From contig NIVC01001189.1 of NCBI GenBank assembly GCA_002269645.1, positions 124,001 to 188,000 of the forward strand: a stretch of 64,000 nt of DNA, given 5' to 3'. The number at the start of each line of letters is the position of its first letter. Position 1 is the stretch's first letter. This stretch comes from Macrostomum lignano. Taxonomy: Eukaryota. Made by a program: the position numbers and the translations under genes. The notes under the pieces were generated by a model, which had not been told where the DNA came from, did not search any database, and was given only the letters and a program-made list of their open reading frames with translations. Shown one piece after another: positions 26,695 through 42,858 of the stretch.

Positions 26695-26998
26695 CTGAAG
26701 GCAGTACTGGAGACGGTGTACTGAAGGCAGTACTGGAGACGGTGTACTGAAGGCAGTACTGGAGACGGTGTACTGAAGGCAGTACTGGAGACGGTGTACT
26801 GAAGGCAGTACTGGAGACGGTGTACTGAAGGCAGTACTGGAGACGGTGTACTGAAGGCAGTACTGGAGACGGTGTACTGAAGGCAGTACTGGAGACGGTG
26901 TACTGAAGGCAGTACTGGAGACGGTGTACTGAAGGCAGTACTGGAGACGGTGTACTGAAGGCAGTACTGGAGACGGTGTACTGAAGGCAGTACTGGAG
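26695..26998 (+). repeat. 26-bp minisatellite
   Basis: Unit gaaggcagtactggagacggtgtact. Confidence 0.95.
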
Positions 26999-27433
26999 TC
27001 AGGAAAGGAAAAAGCATCAAAACTTGCCATTTGAGAGGAAGAAATGATAGAAATTTGGCAAGAAAAAAGCAATGGGAGCAACTGCTCCGATTGTACCTGT
27101 TCTCTGCAACTAAGTGTTAATTTTTGCACCTGGTGATGCTAGTGAATTATGAATCGGCTGGGACAAACACAGCAATCTCTGGCCGATCTTATCGCCAGCT
27201 ACAGAACCGCCTATTTATGCTACATAGAACTGCCCACATCAATAATTCAGATCGGCGGGGTGGCTTTGGGTCCGGAAATTTTGCCAAAATTTGTCTGCAT
27301 TTCTTTACACGGTCTCTCTCAGTTCTTCAGTTCCCAGTTCCCTTAAAAAATCCTCAGTTCCCAACTCCCTCAGTTCCCAACTCCCTCAGTTCCCGACTCC
27401 CTCAGTTCCCCAGTCCTCTCAGCTGCAGCTCAC

Positions 27434-27771
27434 CGCTCCCTGCTACGGCTGTGCGTGATCCTTATCCTGGGCATGCTGGGCGCCTGGTTGCACCTGACAG
27501 GCTGCCCTTCCGCCGGCCCGCTGCCGTAGAGGACGTGGTCGGAGTGCCGCCTCTCGTGCTGCTGGGGCGTTTCGGGTGGCGCCAGAAGGTCCTGCTTGAG
27601 ATGTCGGAGCGGGTTCTGGTCTGTGCGTGTGTGCGTATAAAGCTGGGACCGCGGGTTCTGGTCTGTGCATGTGTGCGTATAAAGCTGGGACCGCGGGTTC
27701 TGGTCTGTGCATGTGTGCGTATAAAGCTGGGACCGCATCGTGAAACACAATCTGCTAAATGACATCCACAC
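27434..27771 (-). CDS. PDE4: PDE4 alternative first exon H (..MRSQLYTHT..ERRHSD..RITHSRSRE+CG), with a 3 x 42-bp in-frame repeat
   Basis: GAG CG|gtgagc phase 2; RRHS motif; start codon uncertain. Confidence 0.7.
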
Positions 27772-28169
27772 TTGCTCTAACTGTGCCAGTAATTTCCCAC
27801 GGAAGCTCGACTTTAATCTTCCATCCTTATTGAAGAGTCTTTCTTGGCTGTGATTGATAGAAAAATATGGAACACATTATGGCCTCTAAGTAGTTGTCTA
27901 AGTAGTAGTGTCTGAGTAGATTGAGTTTCTAAGAAAAAGCTGGAATCTTGTATATCCCGAGCCGAAATTCGACTCCATTTGAACTGGCTTTCAAAAGCCT
28001 TGAGTCAACCAAAAGCAAGTTTGCCTTGGGCGTCAGTGCATTTACTTTTAAAGTAAACTTAGACCACTATGATTACATCATACTACTTTCTGAGGCGATG
28101 TAGTAGCATATGGAGGGATGAAATGGATTTATTGAAAAACCTTTTCCAATAATTACATTTATAAAACAT

Positions 28170-28738
<569 letters not shown>

Positions 28739-30226
28739 CACTGCAGCACTGCCAGCAGTTCGTGACTGCTTCAAAGCCAGCAGGAAGCACAATATCTCAA
28801 TTCTTGGCCTGTTTTCAGTTCGCCATGGCCAGGCAAACAGGACCTCAAAAATTATACGTGGAAGAATTCGTGATGCCCGTTTCCCTTTCCAGACTGACAG
28901 GTCTGTTAGTGCAACAATGGAACAAAGGCCGGGGGTGGACAGACTTACGTGATTTGAGCTGGCAGCCGCAACCACAAGCAGCTGGTCGGACCGAGACGGC
29001 AGCATCGTTGATTTCAAGCTAATGCTCTGACAGGATCCGGAAAAATTGCGTCTCAAATACTCTGGCTATGAGCTCGTGCTGATTTTACTGCCAAGATTTG
29101 AGCTGCAATCTGGCGGGGGTGCTCCGCGGCAGGTCCAATAGGCCGGTAGCTGCAGTGAGCAGCCCCCGAGCTCAAATGCTGAATGGCTGGTCCTTCCGTT
29201 TCCGCTCTGGTAGGGCTGCGTCCCTGGCTTTTGCTTGCTTCCGCTTTCCTCAGGCGCCACAAAGCCTCCTCCCGACTGGCGATTTTGCCATGGGGAGTCG
29301 AGAAATTTGAATCTTTTGTTGACTTCCTCCAAGTCTTCTTACGAATAGCTTCTAATGAGGTATCAATCAGAGCATTCATGCAAGCAGCAATGCGTGTCAT
29401 TTATTCCGTAAACATTTGTTTCCTATAGTTTATAGAATTCTAATTATCAACGAATATTCAAGGTCGTAGACTAACGGTAACTGACCCTATACGACTGCCA
29501 GAGCTCAACTTCACAATGGCCACTATTCGAAGAAGCTACGATATTATCAGGACCCCAACACTCGCGATTACAGCTAAAACATCGCGTCAGAAATCCCCTG
29601 ATTGTGAGTGACGTCACATCCGTGATGAAATCAGAGGGATGAAAGTAATTACCGGTTGAGCTTTTCACCGTAGTTAGATTAACCGTGAATTTTGGCTTGT
29701 GAAGATATTGCAAAATATTCAAGGAATTTTTATGTCTATCTATCCAGCGTTGACTTGTTTGTTCAGAAGGCTTTGCGAGTTGTCTGGCATGACATGTTCA
29801 CTCCGTCTACTGGGAGTTTGATTGATTAAAGGCCTGCATAGCCACGAAACTAACTATTTATTAGCTCTTTTGCTTTCGCACTTTAACAATTTTGCTAAGC
29901 TAATCAGTTAAAGCTGTGTGTGAAGAGCTTTCTGTGGATGGCAGTTGGCTTGAATTGCCAAGCTTTCGAAGGCTACTCCATCTTCATTGTTCTGCCTGCT
30001 GCTGGGGCGAAACTACGGAAGGCTAGGAAAAGGCCCATTGTTCCCTATTGAACTGCTTGCCTTTTCCGCTTGCATCTACTGGCAAGCGGCCGCGGATTCC
30101 GTCCGGTCTCAGGAGTTTAATTGATTGAGGCACTTTTCTCTTCAGCCGCCAGCAGTGCTCCCGGGCTGCACTCACGAATCTCGAGACAATATTTGTGACC
30201 CCCGGTTGATGACAAAGCACTAAAGC

Positions 30227-31633
30227 ATTGAGTGTCCACTGCCTCAGCTGCAACTCATTGAGTGTCCACTGTCTCAGCTGCAACCCATTGAGTGTCCACT
30301 GTCTCAGCTGCAACCCATTGAGTGTCCACTGTCTCAGGTGTAACTCATTGAGTGTCCACTGCCTCAGCTGTAACTCATTGAGTGTCCACTGTCTCAGCTG
30401 CAACTCATTGAGTGTCCACTGCCTCAGCTGTAACTCATTGAGTGTCCACTGTCTCAGCTGCAACTCATTGAGTGTCCACTGCCTCAGCTGCAACTCATTG
30501 AGTGTCCACTGTCTCAGCTGCAACTCATTGAGTGTCCACTGTCTCAGCTGTAACTCATTGAGTGTCCACTGTCTCAGCTGCAACTCATTGAGTGTCCACT
30601 GCCTCAGCTGTAACTCATTGAGTGTCCACTGTCTCAGCTGCAACTCATTGAGTGTCCACTGCCTCAGCTGCAACTCATTGAGTGTCCACTGCCTCAGCTG
30701 TAACTCATTGAGTGTCCACTGCCTCAGCTGCAACTCATTGAGTGTCCACTGCCTCAGCTGTAACTCATTGAGTGTCCACTGTCTCAGCTGCAACTCATTG
30801 AGTGTCCACTGCCTCAGCTGTAACTCATTGAGTGTCCACTGCCTCAGCTGCAACTCATTGAGTGTCCACTGCCTCAGCTGTAACTCATTGAGTGTCCACT
30901 GTCTCAGCTGCAACTCATTGAGTGTCCACTGCCTCAGCTGTAACTCATTGAGTGTCCACTGCCTCAGCTGCAACTCATTGAGTGTCCACTGTCTCAGCTG
31001 CAACTCATTGAGTGTCCACTGTCTCAGCTGCAACTCATTGAGTGTCCACTGTCTCAGCTGCAACTCATTGAGTGTCCACTGTCTCAGCTGCAACTCATTG
31101 AGTGTCCACTGCCTCAGCTGCAACTCATTGAGTGTCCACTGTCTCAGCTGCAACTCATTGAGTGTCCACTGTCTCAGCTGTAACTCATTGAGTGTCCACT
31201 GCCTCAGCTGTAACTCATTGAGTGTCCACTGTCTCAGCTGCAACTCATTGAGTGTCCACTGCCTCAGCTGTAACTCATTGAGTGTCCACTGTCTCAGCTG
31301 CAACTCATTGAGTGTCCACTGCCTCAGCTGTAACTCATTGAGTGTCCACTGCCTCAGCTGTAACTCATTGAGTGTCCACTGTCTCAGCTGCAACTCATTG
31401 AGTGTCCACTGTCTCAGCTGTAACTCATTGAGTGTCCACTGTCTCAGCTGCAACTCATTGAGTGTCCACTGCCTCAGCTGCAACTCATTGAGTGTCCACT
31501 GCCTCAGCTGTAACTCATTGAGTGTCCACTGCCTCAGCTGTAACTCATTGAGTGTCCACTGCCTCATCTGTAACTCATTGAGTGTTCACAGTCTCAGCTG
31601 TAACTCATTGAGTGTCCACTGTCTCAGCTGTAA
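30227..31633 (+). repeat. 30-bp minisatellite, about 47 copies
   Basis: Unit cattgagtgtccactgtctcagctgcaact. Confidence 0.97.
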
Positions 31634-32446
31634 CGGCTGTAGTCAACATTGGTTTCGAAAAGTCCTAAGTCATAACCGTTTAGGTATTCGCTGTCACAGG
31701 ATCGACAAAAGTAAAAGTTAAAAGCCCATTAACCCAAGCTTCGTTCAGTTGTCTCAATATCTGGTGCTGAGTTTTAGCTGTTTACCTCGCCTTACCTTTG
31801 CTATCAGCTCAAGTCTGCTTCTATTTTCCTTTCCTATTTTAGGAAGTTTAAAAGCTTGCCATCCAAACAGCCCAGCACTAGACACATTGATTAAGAGAGC
31901 TTTGCAAGCAGCTGTCTAACCGTCTATGCGAACAATGCAAATAAATATCTGAAACACCATTTATCCGTGCTTTCCACTGCAGAATCTTGCACTTTACGAT
32001 CCATTAGCAGAAGAAATATTCAGTGAATATTTGTGAATATCGGATTTCTGATATGAAGTTTCCGTTTTTTCATTGGTCTGCTTGTTAGCAAAACTCGGGC
32101 CTGTAGAAGTGTCACAATGCAGCATGATTTAAAGCGCAATAGTAACGCATGCAGTCACTCACCTCCGAGCCTCAGATTTCATGCCAGAAGAGAACTGCGC
32201 GCCCAGATTCTGGCCGGAAAAGGAGACTTGAGTACAATTGTACAGTCAGCTAAGTTGATAGTTTCAGCCAAGCAAGTGGAGGATTCCCATTTGGCAGCAG
32301 TGTAGAGTAGGTTTCGGCCATAGACATAGGGAGAGGCATACGAGTAAACGGAAAAGGGCAAGCTCTAGTTGACATCTAGTTGATACATGTCTAGTTTGGC
32401 CATAGACATCAGCACAAAGAAGGATTCCAGCAGCAACCTCTCTCAT

Positions 32447-35514
<3,068 letters not shown>

Positions 35515-35540
35515 CTCCTCTCTCTCTCTCTCTCTCTCTT

Positions 35541-35597
<57 letters not shown>

Positions 35598-35647
35598 CTG
35601 TCTGTCTGTCTCTCTCTGTCTCTCTCTCTGTCTGTCTCTCTCTCTCT
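35515..35647 (+). repeat. Compound (CT)n/(CTGT)n microsatellite, right flank of the Penelope element
   Basis: Direct reading. Confidence 0.97.
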
Positions 35648-36923
35648 TAGTTTTCAACACTGTTATTGCATTCTTGAGCTCATCAAAATCACTGGCTTAC
35701 CAGAAGCAATACGTGTATCAATAAAACTTTCTGTCTCGCTATGCAGGCACAAGCTCGTGAAATACATTACTTCAAGTAGACTATAAGCGCATTTTTATTC
35801 TAGGGTTTTGGTGGCTATTCAGACCGCCGCTGATGCATATTGCAGGACATAGCGATCGGCCAGACAGACAGGAGGGCCAGAACATGCAGCTGAGAAATCC
35901 TTCACCCCCACCCAAAAAACCAGGATCTCAGAGCGACCTCATAAATTTTCTTCCGGAATCCTGCAGGCAAGCCGAAATGAACTCGGAGGAGACGCGAAGA
36001 GGGGGGAGGTTGGTGGACAACATCAAGCTAGCAGGGATGCTGCGTCTCTCTCTCTCTCTCAGCGTCTCAGCTGCATCATCTCATCCTCACCACCGCCTTG
36101 AGATACCCGTGCACCCCCATCGCGGGACAGCCCGTCTCTGGCCCAGTTAACCCAATCAATCGATCTAACTAGATCGCGGGGGGATAGGCCTGAACAAAAT
36201 CATGCAGGCCATGAAGGTCCTCTCAGTCCAGGCCAGGCCACTGTGTCCCCTCTGACCAAGCCTCTCAGATTCTCGGCTTTACAGCCACCATGTTTTCCCC
36301 AAGTTAATAGCAGCTTATATATGGGTTATAGCTGGGTGCAACGATATTCTAATAGGGGGCAACACTTTAGCAAGCAGATGAGAATATAAGCTTGCTCATC
36401 ATTCAAGGGCGACAGTGGCGTTGCATTATTGAATCAAAGTTTCGGGATTCGATTCAGGGACCACAGGCGGTAATAGGATGCAGCACGCCGTTATTACTTT
36501 ATTACTGTTATCAGAGTCGGGGGGACTGTGCGCAACCTGGAGCACTTTAGGCGACATTGTCTCACAACCGGCGAGAGGCATTGCTGCCCATTCCGCAGAC
36601 TCCCCTGAGCAGGCACACAAGCGAGCGGATACGTACGCAGTCATACGCACAGGCACACACTCACAGCGGCCCTGACTTTATTCATGCACAAGCAGAGCCA
36701 AGCTGAGATTCTAATTCAGCCCCAGATTATTGTGACTGCATATCGGAAATCCATATCGGACTCGCATAGCGGTTGTCTAAAAAATGGCGATTATTTATGC
36801 TTTACGAGCTATAAAATTGGTCTCTCAATTCGATGTTCAGTTATCACATTTGAGATTTGTAGCACTACTGATGCTAATCAAATCATTTCATGTTTAGCAT
36901 TTCAAGCTTGGATGCCCCATGGC

Positions 36924-36943
36924 CATGGATGAAGGAATCCATG
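36924..36943. mobile_element. 20-bp TIR-only P-like relic with near-perfect 8-bp TSD
   Basis: catggatgaaggaatccatg (start matches the 17744 element terminus); flanks cccatggc / gccatggc. Confidence 0.5.
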
Positions 36944-39054
36944 GCCATGGCCTTAATTGTATACTTAATGATTCTAAATCCATGCTTGTGATTGTTGCGT
37001 TGTTCAAATAAAGTTGCAAACTAAAGAGTAAAGAAAGATCGTGCATGGGTCTTCTCTAGGCGAGGACCTATACTAAAAAGAAGTCTTGACCATAGACACT
37101 TACAACACGACTCTGACGGACCGACCAAATGGACAGAAATCTATTCTTTCCGTTTCATTGATTCTTTGGTCCAAACCGCTTAGGCTTTGAACTCGATTCC
37201 AGGCCTCGGCGAAGTAAAGAAACGGAAAGAACTTATAATTCTATTCCTTCATCCATGCCCATGGCTTCTCTCACTCGAGTTTCTCAGTCAGAAATTTGCT
37301 TTTGTCTATGGCCCAAACTATATTTGTTCTGTAGGCTTTCAACGCTGGATGTCTGTTTTCTACAAAGAATACCCAGCATAAGACAGAATGCCAAATTTTC
37401 AGCTGCAGTTGCAACAACAGATTATATTACCTAGATGGGCCACTGGCCTGGCTGCAGCGCGAAAACCTCGGGGTTTTGACCATAGACAGTTGCTTCTGCT
37501 GCTCTCAAGACATTAGCAGCAGCTAGTGTGTGGCCCTAACCCCTGGGTTTTTGGGGCCTCGGGGACGGCCGCTAAAACATTGGCGAATGCTGGAGTGACA
37601 CATCAAGGTAATTATAGACTCTGTGGTTGCAACTAAAAATACAGCTTCCCGAGCATTTGTGTTTTGACCATAGACAGAAGCTGCATTCTTTACTGCAACT
37701 GCAGCTGCAAAGTTGACATTCTATCGGGGGGCGTGTCACAAGCACGAAATTTCAAATCGTCAAAAGAGAGAATCTTTTGCAAGCTCGAAACATTCACAAA
37801 CTCGAAACTTCAGAAACTCGAAACTCGAAAAGTAAAATGTGGATTACTTTTACTAAACAATAGCTAAAAACTTCACAATCTCTGGAAGTAGTAAGAAAGT
37901 TTCTGGTTTCTATTAGTTGCTTTTCTAACAGCCCTTTCTGAGTGCAAGTTATTTCGGCTGGAATTATCGCTCCGAAAACTCAAATTAAAATCAGGTTTGT
38001 TAAGCCTATGGATAATTGATTCACATATCATGTTTTTTGAGCTTATAAGTGTGACCGACAGGATTTTCGACGATGTGAAGTTTCGAGCTTGTGAAATTTC
38101 GAGCTTGAGCTTTTTTTAAGTTAGCACGACAAAGGGAATGCCATACACACAGTGTGTCGACTGAACGTAATTCTTAGAAAAAGATTTCCAACATTTTCAA
38201 CAAGGAGTTCCTATGTAAGGAAGATTTTGGCTTGAATAATTTGTTTTTATAAGTAAAGCTTTACAGAATTACATAAAGCAATAAATCAGCCATTCACAAT
38301 TTAAATTTAAGCGCTATTTTTTGCCGAAAAATGAAAAGCTCTTATCTTTGTAGTGGAATTTTTGCGCAAAACCAGCCTTCAAATACGGTATTTTCTAAGA
38401 AACGAAGTTCCCCGGTCCTACTTAGGTCGTCCTTGATTGCCTATTCTCGCTGGCTATTATGGCTCAATTGTGGCAGATTTTGAAAGAAGACGAAGCCAAG
38501 GTTGACCACAGACCAAATACAAATGGTAGGAGCAATAGATTTATGTTATAAAGTCAAAGAAAAAGTTGAATTATGTGGACCTGGTGTAATTTGTATTTGC
38601 CATTCATAAATCAAAGTGATTTAATATGCATTTAGGTGATACGAAATCAATAACAAGCAGCTGTCATAGCCTGCAGATATGAGCAGTTGTTTATATAACA
38701 AACTAAACTTCATCAGCAATGGGGAGGGAGTTTGCAACGATACAAGTAGAAAGCATTAATGAATCCAGTCTAAGAGTAAGCAACGCCTTTGACTCTGTGC
38801 TAAACACAGCCCACTCCGAAACAAAATTAAACGCAGCGAAAGAGAGCCTTCGAAGAGAGCAGCTAGCGTCGAAGTTGAAACGGTGGTAACTCGAAAATTA
38901 AACGCATAACCAAACACAGTTTTCTGTTTTATCCTGTACAGTAAAACAGCTTAGTAAATGCAAATTCTGAGTATATTTGCTGTGAAAAATGAAGACTAGA
39001 AGAGTTTGCCAAAGTATTAATTGATAAAACAAGTCAAAAATCACTGTGTTTACA

Positions 39055-39460
39055 TTCCAGGGTGTTTAGCTTGGGGAGGGGTGTTTATCTTGGAGAAGGG
39101 TGTTTAACTTGGAGAGGGGTGTTTAGCTTGGGGAAGGGTGTTTAGCTTGGGGAAAGGTGTTTAGCTTGGGGAAAGGTGTTTAGCTTGGGGAGGGGTGTTT
39201 AGCTTGGGGAAAGGTGTTTAGCTTGGGGAGGGGTGTTTAGCTTGGGAAAGGTGTTTAGCTTGGGGAGGGGTGTTTAGCTTGGGGAGGGGTGTTTAGCTTG
39301 GGAAAGGTGTTTAGCTTGGGGAGGGGTGTTTAGCTTGGGGAGGGGTGTTTAGCTTGGGGAGGGGTGTTTAGCTTGGGGAGGGGTGTTTAGCTTGGGGAGG
39401 GGTGTTTAGCTTGGGGAGGGGTGTTTAGCTTGGGGAGGGGTGTTTAGCTTGGGAAGGGGT
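39055..39460 (+). repeat. 19-bp G-rich minisatellite
   Basis: Unit ggggtgtttagcttgggga. Confidence 0.95.
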
Positions 39461-40081
39461 GGCGAGTCCCCAGTCTCAGTTTGAGGCTAAGCTAACTATG
39501 CAAACTACATAAGGGCCTTGGTTGGATCTGGGCTCTGGAAAAATGAATTGTATACTTAAAGCAGCATAATGGCATCACAATACGCCAATAAAAGCAAAAA
39601 ATGAAAAAAGCACAAACAGATATGAAAGCAATGAAGCGTATTATTCCGTATTTTGATAATAAATAAGCTGTCAAAGTAAACTGGGAAGAAATTCTAGGAA
39701 AAAAAGCGTTAGTAAAAAATGGGGATATCGCGTAACACAGTGTTGGGATTTGGGATCAGTTTGTACCACAGTCTGCATGGGATGAGCATCCGAGGTATTA
39801 AATAAACGATAGACTAGAGAACAACAACTCGCCGAGCCGAACTGCTCAGAGTGCAGAAATTTGTTCAGGTGCTAACAAAAGAACTCACAACTGTCCGTGA
39901 CAATTAACAGACAACCTCTATACAGAGGAACAATTTAAGGGCCCTACAAGGACTGCCCTGGTAAAAGGCAACCGTGTTTACTTTATTTGATAGTTATGCC
40001 AATCGTGAGAACGGGGATTGTCACCTGTGAAGCTTGCCCATTTGATTTTCAACAGACCTCTGACAGCTGTAGAAACCGAAC

Positions 40082-40844
40082 TCAGAGCTTGTCCTGCACG
40101 TACTGCGCCTCAGCTGTCACGCTGTAGTTCTCCAGAGCGTCCTTCAGGTAGGAAAATGTCGGCCTGCTTGCCGGGCATTCCGCCCAGCAGTCGCTCATGA
40201 TCAGGTAGACGCCCGGGTCGCAGCGAATCCGGCTGCCGTCGTGCGGGTTCGGCATCCGGTAGCCGCCGGCCACCGCCTGCAGCACCTGCCGGTTGGCCAT
40301 GCCCGGGTACGGCACCCGGCCGTAGGTGACAATCTCCCACATCAGGACGCCGAACGACCACACGTCCGATTTGACGCTGAACGCCCGCTGCCAGCCGGCC
40401 GCCTCCGGCGCCGTCCATCGGATTGGAAATTTGGCGCCGGCCGTGGCTGACCCGGCCGCGTCCATGATGCGAGCGAGGCCGAAGTCGGCCACTTTGAGCC
40501 AGCGGTTCTGCCCCACCAGAATGTTGGCCGCGCGCAGGTCCCGGTGCACAAAGTTCATGGTCTCCAGGTAGGCCATGCCGTCGGCCACCTGGGCCATCAT
40601 GTCTATTAGCTGGTCAAAGCACAGGCTCGAACCGGCCTCTCGGCGAAGAAAATCAAGCAGAGCGCCCTCCGGCATGAGCTCGGTGATGATGTAGAGCGGC
40701 TCGCCGTCCGTGCAGACTCCCAGCAGTTGCACAACCCGGGGATGGTTCAGCCGGTGCAGAATCCGCGCCTCCGAGATGAAGCGCTCGGCGTCTGTGGCGT
40801 TCGGCTTCATCGTTTTGACGGCTACGTCAAGACAGTCGTTCCAT
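40082..40844 (-). CDS. Src-family tyrosine kinase exon 4 (kinase domain and C-terminal regulatory Tyr)
   Basis: Acceptor gccaccag|A; VAVKTMK, HRDLRAANILVG, DFGLAR, KFPIRWTAPE, KSDVWSFG, tail EAQYVQDKL*. Confidence 0.95.
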
Positions 40845-40924
40845 CTGGTGGCGGGGGAAAGATCAACTAAAAATTCAACTCTCCTACGTGTCTTTGGAAC
40901 TCAAGTCAATCTCATGATTAAGGA

Positions 40925-41400
40925 GAAGAATAATTCGATGATTGGTGAGCATAAGAATTTCATGATTCGTGAGCAGAGCTCCATGATTGGTGAGCAGAAG
41001 AACTCCATGATTGGTGAGCAGAAGAACTCCATGATTGGTGAGCAGAAGAACTTCATGATTGGTGAGCAGAACTCCATGATTGGTGAGCAGAACTCCATGA
41101 TTGGTGAGCAGAAGAATTCAATGATTCGTGAGCAGAAGAACTTCATGATTGGTGAGCAGAACTCCATGATTGGTGAGCAGAAGAATTCAATGATTCGTGA
41201 GCAGAAGAACTTCATGATTGGTGAGCAGAACTCCATGATTGGTGAGCATAAATCCATAATTGGTGAGCATAAATCCATGATTGGTGAGCAGAAGAACTTC
41301 ATGATTGGTGAGCAGAAGAACTTCATGATTGGTGAGCAGAAGAATTCAGTGATTGGTGAACAGAAGAATTCCATGATGGGTGAGCAGAAGAATACCATGA
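40925..41400 (+). repeat. 21/24-bp minisatellite in kinase intron 3
   Basis: Unit atgattggtgagcagaagaactcc. Confidence 0.93.
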
Positions 41401-41444
41401 CAGAAGAACCCTACGGCTCATGGAGTTGACTCAAAAGCGCCTAC

Positions 41445-41761
41445 CTGGCCAGATACACCTCGCCAAAGGAGCCTCCGCCCAGCCGGCCGCCCAGCCGGAC
41501 GCAGGCCCTGTTGACCTCAACGTCGCGGAATTGCACCGGCGGCTTATAGGCGCGCGGACAGGGCGCGGTTAGCCGACAGCCGATGCCGCCGATGTCTTCA
41601 ACCTCCGAGTAGTGGGCGAGCAGGTCGCGCAGAGTCGGGAAGGTGACTCGAGGCGCTATGTAATAACCGCCAGCGTCTGTGCACCGGATGCGAAAGTGGC
41701 GCACCAGGAAGTTCCGGTCCAGATTGGGGTCCTTGACGCGGACACTGAGAGCGTATTGGCC
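41445..41761 (-). CDS. Src-family kinase exon 3 (SH2 C-half, linker, G-loop)
   Basis: ttctacag|GGC CAA TAC; GQYALSVR..VRHFRI..YYIAPRVTFPTLRDLLAHY..LGGGSFGEVYLA; AG|gtaggc. Confidence 0.93.
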
Positions 41762-42299
41762 CTGTAGAAAAGGTAAAACAAGGTCTTCTAAAAATGAACT
41801 GGAAGCGAACCACAAAAGTCCTGGTGAACTTTCAATAAAGAACTCCTTCGAAAAATACCACCGTCTCATATCAAAGTATTCCTTGTCTGTTTTTACTTAA
41901 CTAAAACGTAAAATTATTCACAAGAGCAACGCCTTCGGCGACATCGTCCAACAACCAAGACCATTTCTCTGACTCCTGAGAACATGCAAACACGCCAATA
42001 TTGTACTATAGGGTTATGCAGCGACCTTGACTTTATTCTCTCATGGGTGTGAATCGCAGGACAACTCCTGGCCAGTTATTGCGCACAAGCCAATAATGAA
42101 TTTTGACCACATAGGGAATCAAACCAGGAGTCGTGGCGCGAGAGTCGGACACGTTTACCGCTGAGCTGGTCCGCCTCCAAACTACGTAAAGCAATGCATA
42201 GCTTTATAATTATGGTACGGACTAGGAGTTTTAGCCCGTTCAGGGTTTTTTCAAACCTAATGACAATAATTAATAATTAATTACACCTGCCCTAATGGG

Positions 42300-42540
42300 C
42301 AGATGCGCAACCGACAGCTTAGACGTATACATTATTGCGGGGCGCGTCTGATGGCTGCGTACGGCTGTTCAATCGAAGGACTGGGGGGTCGCCACACGCT
42401 TCCTCAACTACTCTAGCTAATGCTGGCACCCATTTTAATGCAGAGTTGAGTGTCTTACCCAAGGACACAATTTTTTCCCAGCGGGTAGAGAATCGAAACC
42501 CTGACCTTTCACTCGTGAGTCCAACGCTCAACCATATACT
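42300..42540 (-). mobile_element. tRNA-derived CORE-like SINE in kinase intron 2
   Basis: Minus strand: A-box-like tggttgagcgttgg, B-box-like ggtttcgattct, then tgtgtccttgggtaagacact...aaaatggg resembling the CORE-SINE domain. Confidence 0.7.
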
Positions 42541-42683
42541 TCTAAGGCTATGAAATGCCTTCTAAATTGCTGCTCCAATCAATCAGAAGTCTTTTTTCAC
42601 GACTGTTTCCGCTACATGAGTACGCGGACCTCCCCAGTGCCACTCCGAGACACCGCCGACAGCTGAGCCTTTCCATCCCTCAC

Positions 42684-42858
42684 CTGCGAGCTGGGCCGCA
42701 ATATGTAGGTGCCGCTTGGATTTCCGGGCAGCAGGAGGTGCCGATCAGCGTCCCGACGGCTGACCTCGAACCAGGCGGCCAAGGAACTGGCCCGATCGTC
42801 CGACTCCAATTGCAGGTGATTGCCGGGCACGTAGCCTGTGAGACCGGTAGCCGAGTGC
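42684..42858 (-). CDS. Src-family kinase exon 2 (SH3 end, SH2 start)
   Basis: gttgccag|G CAC; TGYVPGNHL..WFEVSRRDADRHLLLPGNPSGTYILRPSSQ; CAG|gtgagg. Confidence 0.93.

Noticed and set aside
37736-38100. Degenerate inverted repeats with aagctcgaaa subrepeats
   Set aside because: Probably an old MITE, but ends and TSD cannot be defined
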